Part shown: positions 29,233 to 37,834 of the stretch, in pieces
Layout: the number at the start of each line of letters is the position of its first letter
Numbering within the stretch: the stretch's first letter is position 1
Assembly: GCA_965228855.1 (NCBI GenBank)
Contig: CBDDIJ010000003.1
Span: 1,760,001 to 1,824,000 of the forward strand
Length of the DNA stretch: 64,000 bases
From: Candidatus Obscuribacterales bacterium
GTDB lineage: Bacteria; Cyanobacteriota; Vampirovibrionia; Obscuribacterales; Obscuribacteraceae
Direction: 5' to 3'
Notes under the pieces: model-generated
Databases searched by the model: none
Seen by the model: only the letters and a program-made list of their open reading frames with translations
What the model was told of the DNA's origin: nothing
Program-made: the position numbers and the translations under genes

Positions 29233-29564
29233 TGATCACTCTCCGTTTCTTTTAAATAGGCTTCAAGCTGGTCGAGCCTTCGTTCCCACATCGAGCGTTG
29301 CTTCGCCATCCAATCCTCAGCGGCTTGTAGCGTAGCCGGCGCAAGCTCGTAAGTTCGCACACGCCCGGTCTTCTGGGAGCGAACCAATCCGCAGCTTTCC
29401 AACATCTTCATATGCTGCAGGAAAGATGGCAAAGCCATGTCAAACGGCTCGGCGAGAGAACTCACGGGAGCAGGTCCCGAACCCAGTTTTTCAAGAACCG
29501 CGCGCCGTGTAGGGTCCGCAAGTGCTTGAAAAACCGAGTCGAGTGCTACAGATTGGTTAGGCAT
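29229..29564 (-). CDS. ArsR/SmtB family transcriptional regulator
   Basis: VFQALADPTRRAVL, FDMALPSFLQH, KTGRVRT, WERRLDQL; 4-bp overlap with the SRPBCC gene. Confidence 0.92.
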   Translation of the reverse strand: MPNQSVALDSVFQALADPTRRAVLEKLGSGPAPVSSLAEPFDMALPSFLQHMKMLESCGLVRSQKTGRVRTYELAPATLQAAEDWMAKQRSMWERRLDQLEAYLKETESDQ

Positions 29565-29609
29565 TTACCTAACTATACCGAGTCTTAATAGTTAGGTCAA
29601 TACCTTAGT
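29555..29609. promoter_or_regulatory. Two imperfect palindromes, likely ArsR autoregulatory operators
   Basis: GGTTAGGCATTTACCTAACT (29555-29574, over the start codon) and AGTTAGGTCAATACCTTAGT (29590-29609). Confidence 0.65.
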
Positions 29610-29901
29610 ATTCTTAATTCACTTTTCATGCCAACTACTGAAGTTCCATAAACTGTTTCGCTCTTTCGAGACCTGGCAACAGTTTCGGACCTTGAAGACA
29701 GACCGTACCACAGAGTGTGCAGCAGATTTAAAACATATATACTGTACTTCTCGTTGAACAGTCGAATTATCGAATTTTCGGAAAGTCTATTGTTTCCATA
29801 TTCGATCGTCTAAACTGGCTCAGGAAGCTGATTCTAGCAATCAACTTTTCGAGACGAATATCATACGCGAATCGATCACGCCGCACAACAGATATCTAAT
29901 T

Positions 29902-30921
29902 ATGAGCACTTTAGGAAAACTACCTGTTTCTTTACTCGGGAAATGTGGAGATCTAGGAATCGATCTGCACAGCGTCATTCCGCTAGCCGAAAAGGATGAA
30001 GCCTTCTGGCTCAAACTCACAACTTCGACAGGCTCAGTTGAAGGTAAATTACTCATACCTCGCGTTGAGCCCACCAGGCTTTTGATTTACATGCCCGGCT
30101 TTCCTGGCGGCGGATCAACTGATTTCGAAGCAAATCATCTGGCGAAGTTCCTTGAGTCAAATTACACAGTCTTCACCATTCGCCATAATGGCTCGCTGCT
30201 GACCGGTGAACACTCTGACTATTACATAAACTGCCAACCCAGACAGAAGAAAGCAAAAGTCGAGCATCAAGACTGCATCGGAGCACCGGCAAAATACAAT
30301 ATAGGAGACTGGCTGCTAGAACCGTTTATCGCAGTTGAGGCGCTTGGCGAAGTGTTCGAGGAAATAGTGATCGCCGGACACTCATTCGGCGGACTGTCGC
30401 TCTTTTATTCAATGCGCGAGCTTGTTCGCACACGATCAAAACAGCTGAGTAAAATAAAGCGAGTGGTGTCACTAGCGGGTGCAACGGGTCGGGTTCGCAT
30501 GGAAGAAGAAGACCCCATTCTCGTTCAATGGGCTGAGTACCTGGAAACGGACTGGGCGAGAGAGCGAGTAGCCATCGGTGACACTTCAAACAACGTCGAA
30601 AGATTGAAAGAAGCCTATCACGCTATCCACGACGGACAATATAAACCGCCATCAAACATCAGCTTCGTCCTGGTCGTCCCATGGGGAGACACCGCCGATA
30701 GTACCGATGAGTACATCAACCCCGTCGAAGCACTAGATATGGTTGTGACCCTTGGACGCGGCACTCTTATTATTGATAAAACCAGTCGAAGTGATTCGGA
30801 AACTGGCGAACTCGCTCACGATATGTCGCGGTTTACGACAGATATGTTTTTAAAAATCGCTGATTCCAACTGGAATCCGGCCAAGCAAATTTTGTGTATC
30901 GACGATAAAGGACTACACTGA
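29902..30921 (+). CDS. Alpha/beta hydrolase fold protein
   Basis: IYMPGFPGG, nucleophile elbow GHSFG, candidate acid and His (TDEYI, LAHD). Confidence 0.78.
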   Translation: MSTLGKLPVSLLGKCGDLGIDLHSVIPLAEKDEAFWLKLTTSTGSVEGKLLIPRVEPTRLLIYMPGFPGGGSTDFEANHLAKFLESNYTVFTIRHNGSLLTGEHSDYYINCQPRQKKAKVEHQDCIGAPAKYNIGDWLLEPFIAVEALGEVFEEIVIAGHSFGGLSLFYSMRELVRTRSKQLSKIKRVVSLAGATGRVRMEEEDPILVQWAEYLETDWARERVAIGDTSNNVERLKEAYHAIHDGQYKPPSNISFVLVVPWGDTADSTDEYINPVEALDMVVTLGRGTLIIDKTSRSDSETGELAHDMSRFTTDMFLKIADSNWNPAKQILCIDDKGLH

Positions 30922-32753
30922 TGAAATTGGTATCCCGTTGCGCATTTGCTGTTACGCTCGCGGTGTCCTTGACGCTTATAGCGCCAACGCAGGCTTTCGC
31001 AAGACTTGAAGGTCTAGAGCGCACCGAGAATAGTGCGCAAGACGCGAACTGCAAGAGCAAAAATGAATCCGCAGATGATACCAAATATGATGCCAACGGC
31101 AGCTCGAAGGAAATCGTTTCAAATCCAGACTCAAAGCCTTCAAATAAGAAGATGACTGATGAGGCTAGAAGAGACCTTGCAATTTCGCTTATCGACAGAG
31201 GCAACTTCAGCGAAGCTGAAGAAATTCTCAAAGACCTGGCGAAGAAGGGCGACTCCGACAGCCTGATGGACCATGCTGCCGGACACTTCCGGAGCGACAA
31301 ATACGACGAAGCGCTCAAACTCTGCCAGGAAGCTTTTAAAAAGAACAATGGAAAGCATTACGACAAGGCGATGATCAAACTAGGCATTGCAGAATGCTTG
31401 TACAAGCGAAAATCTTACGCAGAGGCAGAGAAGGAATTTCAAGAGAGCCTTTCGCTGTTAACCAAAAACGACTCACCTTTGATCGCTATCTTCGCGCTCG
31501 AAGGATTGGGCGGTTGTTATTTACAGCATAAAGAATTCGATAAAGCAGCCGACACCTTGGAGGAACTCGCGAAACTCAACCGAGATGTTTACGGCAACAA
31601 AGATATTGGCTACGGCTGGGCCTTATTCCAACTGAGCGAGGCGTACAAAAAGGCCGGGCGCCATAAGGCTTACCAGCCGATTTACGAGAAGTCTATTTGG
31701 ATTTTTCGTGAGACAAACCGTAAGCGCCTTGCTACCGAATTCAGTGACCCTAAGCTTCAGGCGCAACTCTCGAAGATGGTTTTTGGTAGCGGCAATCGAG
31801 TCGGGGACGACTCCAAGCTCTCAGGAAGAAGCAAATACTTCGACTTAATCGATCCTGAAGTAGAACTGCCACGTTGCGCATGGCGCCGGCAGTTTCGTCA
31901 GGTGGACGCGCCCGGCTATGTATGGTGCGATCCGAATGTAGAAGCGAAGGCGGTTTTAATCTGCGTGCATGGGCTAGGCTTGCACCATAAATCTTTTAAT
32001 TCTTTCGCTCGCAGGATTGCGCCGAGAGGCATCGTTACAATCTCGTTCGATGTTCGCGGTTTTGGAACATATCTGGCATCAAAGGGGCAAGACGATCTGC
32101 AAATTGATGACTGCGTAAAAGACCTGAAAGAAATCATAAAATTGATTCGCGACGACAATCCGGACAAACCTCTGTTTTTACTTGGCGAATCTATGGGCGG
32201 TGCGATCGCTCTCCACGTGGCTGCTGAGGCACCTGAGTTGTTGGATGGTGTAATCTGCTCGGTGCCATCCGGTGCGCGCCATCAAGGAGCGTCCACCGCG
32301 CTCAAGGTCGGTCTCAAATACATTAAAGGCAAAAACAAGCCGATGAACATTGGAGAGCAGGTTATAAAGCAAGCGACGGAACAAGAGTCTCTGAGGAACG
32401 ACTGGTCGAATGATCCCTCGGCGAGATTGAAGTTGACGCCGAAAGAACTTGTCAGCTTTCAAACTTTTATGGGTCAAAATGTTGAGGTCGCAAAAAGGAT
32501 CAGAAAAACACCCGTCATTCTTTTCCAGGGAGATAATGATCGGCTAGTGAAGAAGACTGGAACCTATGATTTGTTTGAAGCAATCAGCTCCAAAAAGAAG
32601 ACCCTGATTCTGCTGGGCAATACGGAGCATTTGATTTTTGAAGCGGGGCAGTTTCAAGATGATGTCACCCTCGGTGTCATAGATTGGATGATGTTCCACG
32701 GACAAAGACATCATGAGGAAGTGAGTGAAACCGAGTCTGTTCGAACCGACTGA
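30921..32753 (+). CDS. Exported TPR + lysophospholipase-like (Hydrolase_4) protein
   Basis: Signal peptide ending AFA; TPR helices; CVHGLG, FDVRGFG, GESMGG, QGDND, EHLIFE; TGATG overlap with the upstream gene. Confidence 0.9.
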   Translation: MKLVSRCAFAVTLAVSLTLIAPTQAFARLEGLERTENSAQDANCKSKNESADDTKYDANGSSKEIVSNPDSKPSNKKMTDEARRDLAISLIDRGNFSEAEEILKDLAKKGDSDSLMDHAAGHFRSDKYDEALKLCQEAFKKNNGKHYDKAMIKLGIAECLYKRKSYAEAEKEFQESLSLLTKNDSPLIAIFALEGLGGCYLQHKEFDKAADTLEELAKLNRDVYGNKDIGYGWALFQLSEAYKKAGRHKAYQPIYEKSIWIFRETNRKRLATEFSDPKLQAQLSKMVFGSGNRVGDDSKLSGRSKYFDLIDPEVELPRCAWRRQFRQVDAPGYVWCDPNVEAKAVLICVHGLGLHHKSFNSFARRIAPRGIVTISFDVRGFGTYLASKGQDDLQIDDCVKDLKEIIKLIRDDNPDKPLFLLGESMGGAIALHVAAEAPELLDGVICSVPSGARHQGASTALKVGLKYIKGKNKPMNIGEQVIKQATEQESLRNDWSNDPSARLKLTPKELVSFQTFMGQNVEVAKRIRKTPVILFQGDNDRLVKKTGTYDLFEAISSKKKTLILLGNTEHLIFEAGQFQDDVTLGVIDWMMFHGQRHHEEVSETESVRTD

Positions 32754-32807
32754 ACGGCTGCGGCGTGACTCTGCGCCTATTCGTCAAGCTGCGGACGGAA
32801 AGGACCT

Positions 32808-35384
32808 CTAAGGATCGAGCATTTGAGAAGAGTCTTTTGCATCCCTTGGATCGATGTCGAAAAATTTCGAAAACTCCGTGTCTCCTACGAGATCGAGAAG
32901 TTTTCTGGAAGTGATTTTGAACCGAGACTGCGCCTTTTTGAGACCAGCAACCGTCAAATTTGGACACTCGTTACAGGTGATCTCTTTCAAGTTGGGCATC
33001 TTCGCGAGTTTATCGAAAACACCGTCGGTAACTTGAGTATTCGTAAGGTCTAAGGACCGCAGATTTGGCAAAGTCATTATCGGAGCCAACTCAGACTCTT
33101 TGAACCGGATTCGCGACAAGCGCAAAAAGGTAAGCTTCTTCATCTCAGCAATGGTTTTGAAACTGGCAGGCGTAACCGAGGTGTCATCAATGGCCAGCAA
33201 AGTCAGATCCGGAAAAGTATTTGCCAACATTCGGATGCAGCTGTCGTCAACATTTGGACAGACACCAAGTTCCAGTCGAGTGAGCGGCATATGACTGAGC
33301 GCGCGAAGCCCCTTCTCGGAAACTTTGGTATCAATAGCGCATAGACAATTCAAACGTGCCTTTCCGGAGGCAAGGGTGCGCAAAGTCAAATCGGTCATCC
33401 TCGTATGCGCACCCCAAAGTTCCATCAGGGGCAGCTGAGTCAACTGACAAAAACCAGCATCAGAAACATTGCAGTCGCTTACGTTTAGCAACGTCAGGCT
33501 GTGCATCTTCGCGATGTGCGCCATGCACTTATCCGTTATATCGGATTCCGAAATCCCGAGGGTCTGCAGTTGTTCACTCAATGCCATCACACCCTTATCT
33601 GTTATCTTGCATTGTCCAAGACCGAGCCCTCGGAGGCTCGGTATTGAAGCAAGACTGAGAAGCCCATCATCTGTGACTCTGCGAGCCATCAACAACATGT
33701 GTTGAATCGGCAATCGTGAAATTATTTTGCATCCAGCGTCGGTAAGATCCGGTTGCTCGTTCAAAAATAATTGTTGAACCGGGCGTCCAAGCAGCATCTC
33801 CAGATCAGAATCAAGCAGATCAGTTTTGGCCGTAAACTTTGTCCCTTTGGATTCCTTATCAACTTCGAATAATTCTTCAAAAGATTTTTTCGGTGCGGCC
33901 AACCGAGTTAGTTCCGTGGCGGTCTTTGGCTTACCTTCTTTCTTTATGATGACTACTTCCTGGGGCGGCTTTGTCAAAACAGTAGCTGCCACTGCGCATA
34001 GTGCTACTATCGCTAGAGTGGCGATGATAGCAATCCAAGCGCCGCTTCCTACGCGATTGGAAACCGTATCTACATCAGAATCCATTCTGCTCGAATCAGC
34101 TTTCGGAACGTATGCACGCTCGTGCGCCCTTAACACCCGCTTCAAGGCGATCATCAGATCTGTTGCCGAGTGATATCTATTGCCGGGTCTTTTCTCGAGA
34201 CACTTGCTTACCACGTCTTGTACGTCATCAGGAATCTGGGCAGATGGATTCACATCTGCCATCGCCGGAGGCTGCATTTCGGCGTGCATCTTCAATGTTT
34301 CAAGAGATGTGTCGGAAATAAATGGTGGTCGACCAGCGATGCACTCGAACATAATGCATCCGAGCGAGTAGATATCGGAGCGCGTAGAATAGGGCAATCC
34401 AGTGGTCGCATCCGGACTCATGTAGGCCGGCGTTCCAACAATCGCTGACGTCATCCTTCTCGTAGCTTCGGCACCACCCACGGGGTTACTAGCGGTGCCG
34501 GCACCATATTTGCTACCGCCCACGCCGCTATCGGCGATATCAGGTCTGGAACCGCCTTTACCCGCGCCTATCTCAGCCACGCCAAAATCTATCAGACAGA
34601 CGTCCGGGTGTGGAGAGTCTATTTGAGACACTAGCATGTTACTCGGTTTCAGGTCTCGGTGAAGAATGCCCGACTCGTGAGCGTACCCGAGGGCGTCGCA
34701 CAGATCTACCATCATGGTAAATACGGTTTCCCATGGCAGGTAGCCTTTTTGCTGCCTGACTTCATCTAACCCACGGCCATTAACAAAATCCATGACCATA
34801 AAGGGCGAGCCCTGTGCGCTGACTCCAAAGTCCAGGATCTGAACTATTCGTGGATGGTTTAGTTTACTGTTCGCCTTGGCGGCATTCTGAAAGTTGATCA
34901 ACTCATTAGGCGAAAGCTGCCTGAGCGTTTTAACCGCGACCTTCTTGCCTAGTACACGGTCACGGCTGAGATAAACCCGCCCGGATACTCCTTCACCAAT
35001 TATCGAAAGAGGCTTGTAGCGTTCGAGCGGATACTCTCGAGCATTAACGGAGAGTTCCTCTTCGTTCTCGTCCACATATTCAACCGGCTGCTGGGCAACC
35101 AATGAGCCGGACTGCGTTTGACTGCCCTTAATAATTTTGGGTTCCGCACAGCCACACAAATCCTGCCTGAAAATCCACTGCGTGAACGAACCGGAGCGAC
35201 CTGCGTAAACTCGCTTTCCGCAAGTCGCGCACATGGTGACTTCGATGGTGCTGCCTTCGCCACTACCGGCGGTGAGGGCGCTATCGCAGGTGCAAGCAAC
35301 GATCCATTGCGTCAAACTCCCGGACGATTTGACTTCTTTTGGTCTTCCGCACTTAGAGCAATTGGTGGCCGTCACAACCATCAC
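32808..35384 (-). CDS. Ser/Thr kinase with N-terminal tandem Cys motifs, TM and LRRs
   Basis: CSKC...SGSLTQWIVACTC and CATC...SGSFTQWIFRQDLCGC; GEGVSG, VAVK, HRDLKPSN, DFG; TM; many LRRs. Confidence 0.92.
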   Translation of the reverse strand: MMVVTATNCSKCGRPKEVKSSGSLTQWIVACTCDSALTAGSGEGSTIEVTMCATCGKRVYAGRSGSFTQWIFRQDLCGCAEPKIIKGSQTQSGSLVAQQPVEYVDENEEELSVNAREYPLERYKPLSIIGEGVSGRVYLSRDRVLGKKVAVKTLRQLSPNELINFQNAAKANSKLNHPRIVQILDFGVSAQGSPFMVMDFVNGRGLDEVRQQKGYLPWETVFTMMVDLCDALGYAHESGILHRDLKPSNMLVSQIDSPHPDVCLIDFGVAEIGAGKGGSRPDIADSGVGGSKYGAGTASNPVGGAEATRRMTSAIVGTPAYMSPDATTGLPYSTRSDIYSLGCIMFECIAGRPPFISDTSLETLKMHAEMQPPAMADVNPSAQIPDDVQDVVSKCLEKRPGNRYHSATDLMIALKRVLRAHERAYVPKADSSRMDSDVDTVSNRVGSGAWIAIIATLAIVALCAVAATVLTKPPQEVVIIKKEGKPKTATELTRLAAPKKSFEELFEVDKESKGTKFTAKTDLLDSDLEMLLGRPVQQLFLNEQPDLTDAGCKIISRLPIQHMLLMARRVTDDGLLSLASIPSLRGLGLGQCKITDKGVMALSEQLQTLGISESDITDKCMAHIAKMHSLTLLNVSDCNVSDAGFCQLTQLPLMELWGAHTRMTDLTLRTLASGKARLNCLCAIDTKVSEKGLRALSHMPLTRLELGVCPNVDDSCIRMLANTFPDLTLLAIDDTSVTPASFKTIAEMKKLTFLRLSRIRFKESELAPIMTLPNLRSLDLTNTQVTDGVFDKLAKMPNLKEITCNECPNLTVAGLKKAQSRFKITSRKLLDLVGDTEFSKFFDIDPRDAKDSSQMLDP

Positions 35385-35426
35385 ACATCATTAACACTTG
35401 ATATTTATACCAAACTTGCAGTCGCT

Positions 35427-36188
35427 TTACTCGTCCTGGACACTGTTTTCGCAATCTTCAACAGTGCAGTTGACGGTCTGGGTACTTTTAAGCTTACATC
35501 GAGTCAGACAGGAGTCGGAGAAGGCACTTCCGTCGAGACTGGAATCATGAAAAGACAAGCTTTTGCCCTTGCAATCGCAGACTTTAGACTTGCTGATCTG
35601 GCAATCTTCAAACCGACAGTCATCAAAACTGCTGTCCTCGAGCCCACAATCCTCGAACTTGCAGTCCTCGAAACGTCCATCCTGCAATTTACAGTCATTA
35701 AACTTACAATCGATAGAACGAATGTTTTTCAAACCGGCATTCTCGACACGGCAATCTTCCATGCCGCCATCTTCAATCTGACAGTCGCTGACTTTTACGT
35801 CATTCAACCGGCAATTCGTGATACCACAGTTTTCTACTTTTGAATTTTCGAGACGGCAATCGTCCAGTTTGCAATCGGTAATTTTAGAATCATCAAATCG
35901 TATATTCGTCAAACCGCAATTCTGGATTTTTACATTTTCAAATCTGCAATTATCCAGCTTGCAATCGCTGATTTTGCAACTCATAAATTTGCAATTGTTG
36001 AGGTCTCCACTGCTTATTGTGCAATCTTCAAACGCGCAGTTCTCAAATTTACAGTCTTCGATCTTACAGTCTTCAAACCGACAATCGTCAAAGTCTCCGC
36101 ACTTTATAGTGCAACCGCGGATCAACTTACCCGACATTTTGACATCCTGAATGCTCTGCTTTTCTATCATCTTGTCGTCGTTATCCAT
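35427..36188 (-). CDS. Cys/Asp-rich pentapeptide repeat protein
   Basis: Almost the whole chain is DCKFE/DCRLE/NCGLT pentapeptides; ATG 36188 has a GGAG RBS and overlaps the upstream stop. Confidence 0.88.
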   Translation of the reverse strand: MDNDDKMIEKQSIQDVKMSGKLIRGCTIKCGDFDDCRFEDCKIEDCKFENCAFEDCTISSGDLNNCKFMSCKISDCKLDNCRFENVKIQNCGLTNIRFDDSKITDCKLDDCRLENSKVENCGITNCRLNDVKVSDCQIEDGGMEDCRVENAGLKNIRSIDCKFNDCKLQDGRFEDCKFEDCGLEDSSFDDCRFEDCQISKSKVCDCKGKSLSFHDSSLDGSAFSDSCLTRCKLKSTQTVNCTVEDCENSVQDE

Positions 36189-36765
36189 GCTTCGTCTCCT
36201 CCCTCCCGCACATCTTGAGTAGTTCGTCGGTAGATAATACAGTTGCAAACTCCCCATGCAGGCTTGCTAGAGCATATTGATGTACTTCATCAGCGGTGAA
36301 CTCCCTGCCGTCATATCCGGTACGGTTGAAAGTAGCGGTGGCATCGCCAACGACGTAGGTATCGAAACCCAGGTTATCTGCCATACGGGTCGATGTTGAA
36401 ACACAGTGGTCGGTGGTTAAACCAACGAGCACAACTGTTTCAATACTGTGACCGCGCAAATATGCTTCCAGCTCTGTGCCGATGAAGGCACTATTCACAT
36501 TTTTTTCTTCAATTCTTTCTCCCGCAATCGGAGCCGTGCCTGGTTTAAACTCATTACCTGACTGATTGGGACGCAATGGGGAATCCTGTTCCACACTCAT
36601 GTGACGAACATGCACAACCGGACGCCCAGTGCGTCTCCAGGCATTGAGAATACGTCTCATATTTTCTTCAGCTTGCGGATTGTTGCGAACTCCCCAGTAG
36701 GATGAGTCGAATCCATTCTGCACGTCAATTAAGATTAAAGCCGCCGAATCCGGGAGATCTTTCAC
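36181..36765 (-). CDS. Isochorismatase/cysteine hydrolase
   Basis: ILIDVQNGF, EKNVNSAFIGT, GLTTDHCVST; GTG start with AGGAG. Confidence 0.92.
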   Translation of the reverse strand: MKDLPDSAALILIDVQNGFDSSYWGVRNNPQAEENMRRILNAWRRTGRPVVHVRHMSVEQDSPLRPNQSGNEFKPGTAPIAGERIEEKNVNSAFIGTELEAYLRGHSIETVVLVGLTTDHCVSTSTRMADNLGFDTYVVGDATATFNRTGYDGREFTADEVHQYALASLHGEFATVLSTDELLKMCGREETKHG

Positions 36766-37031
36766 TGTTTATTTGCTCCTGCGGTTTTTGAAAACGCCAT
36801 TTTGAGCGTTTATATCAAGCTCTTCGAAGAAACAGCATCTAGCGACTGGCACCGAAGGCGGTGTCAACCGTTTCCTCTATGCGGCACGTCATCCCACAGC
36901 CAAGGCGTTTCCGCGCACCAATTTCCAGCGTATTTCAACTTCGATATTCTAACAGACTCAAGCTCCTGACATGATGTATAGTACTGGGGTTTAGCAAGCC
37001 AGCCTTGAAAGTACAAAGGAGCTTTTCCTAC

Positions 37032-37787
37032 ATGGGTTTCACACAGATATCAGGTCTAAAGTGCTTTTCAAGCGTAGCTATGTTCACCTTGATTGTGTTA
37101 ACTCTAAGTAGCCCTGCGACATGGGCGCAAGGAGCCGAAGGTATTGGTCTGGACCCTGAATCGCAGAGGCTTCCAAAACCAATTGAAATCGAAGGCGAAA
37201 CAGACTATGCCGACGGTTCTGACGAAAGTTCAAAATCAGCGAGAGACCGTTCAAGCACTTCTAGAGATGAATCGAAGCACGGCAAGAAGGGAAAAAAACA
37301 AATTATGAGCGAATCGGTTTACGACTTCCATGCCAAAAGTCTCGACGGTCAAGACATCGACCTGTCCACGTACAAAGGCGACGTGATACTAATCGTCAAT
37401 ACCGCGAGTGAATGCGGATTTACGAATCAATATAAGGGTCTTGAAGAACTTCACGAGAAGTACAAAGATCGCGGCTTGAAGGTTCTTGGATTCCCATGCA
37501 ATCAGTTTGGAGGACAGGAACCAGGTGATAATCATCAGATCGCAACTTTCTGCCAGAAAAACTTTGGCGTCAACTTTCAGATGTTCGAAAAAATTGATGT
37601 AAATGGCAAAGATGCACATCCTCTGTACAGATATCTTACAAGCGCTGCTCCGGGAGCGCTCGGCACGAAAGCCATCAAATGGAACTTCACAAAATTCCTG
37701 GTAGACCGTCAAGGGAAGGTGTTGAAACGCTACGCACCTACGACAAAACCAGAAGATCTGGCCGCGGACCTCGAGAAACAGCTTTAG
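37032..37787 (+). CDS. gpx: Glutathione peroxidase (Cys type), probably with signal peptide and charged linker
   Basis: VNTASECGFT, GFPCNQFGGQEPG, IKWNFTKFLVD. Core begins at ATG 37305; the in-frame upstream part looks like a signal peptide. Start uncertain. Confidence 0.9.
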   Translation: MGFTQISGLKCFSSVAMFTLIVLTLSSPATWAQGAEGIGLDPESQRLPKPIEIEGETDYADGSDESSKSARDRSSTSRDESKHGKKGKKQIMSESVYDFHAKSLDGQDIDLSTYKGDVILIVNTASECGFTNQYKGLEELHEKYKDRGLKVLGFPCNQFGGQEPGDNHQIATFCQKNFGVNFQMFEKIDVNGKDAHPLYRYLTSAAPGALGTKAIKWNFTKFLVDRQGKVLKRYAPTTKPEDLAADLEKQL

Positions 37788-37834
37788 AGCTGAGAACAGG
37801 TTTCGTCAGGCATTGAAACTGGCAAAGTCTCAAC

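Noticed and set aside
29650..29685. Minus-strand CTC-GAAA-GAG-C-GAAAC resembling a hammerhead stem II
   Set aside because: The required CUGANGA core is absent.
35118..35843. 241-aa plus-strand ORF
   Set aside because: Antisense to the kinase and pentapeptide genes.
36842..36867. GCGACTGGC resembling the start of a ZTP riboswitch
   Set aside because: Lacks the downstream GCCNNCCGYCUGGGC element; simple hairpin only.
37400..37430. Possible selenocysteine in the glutathione peroxidase
   Set aside because: Active-site codon is TGC (Cys), with no in-frame TGA.
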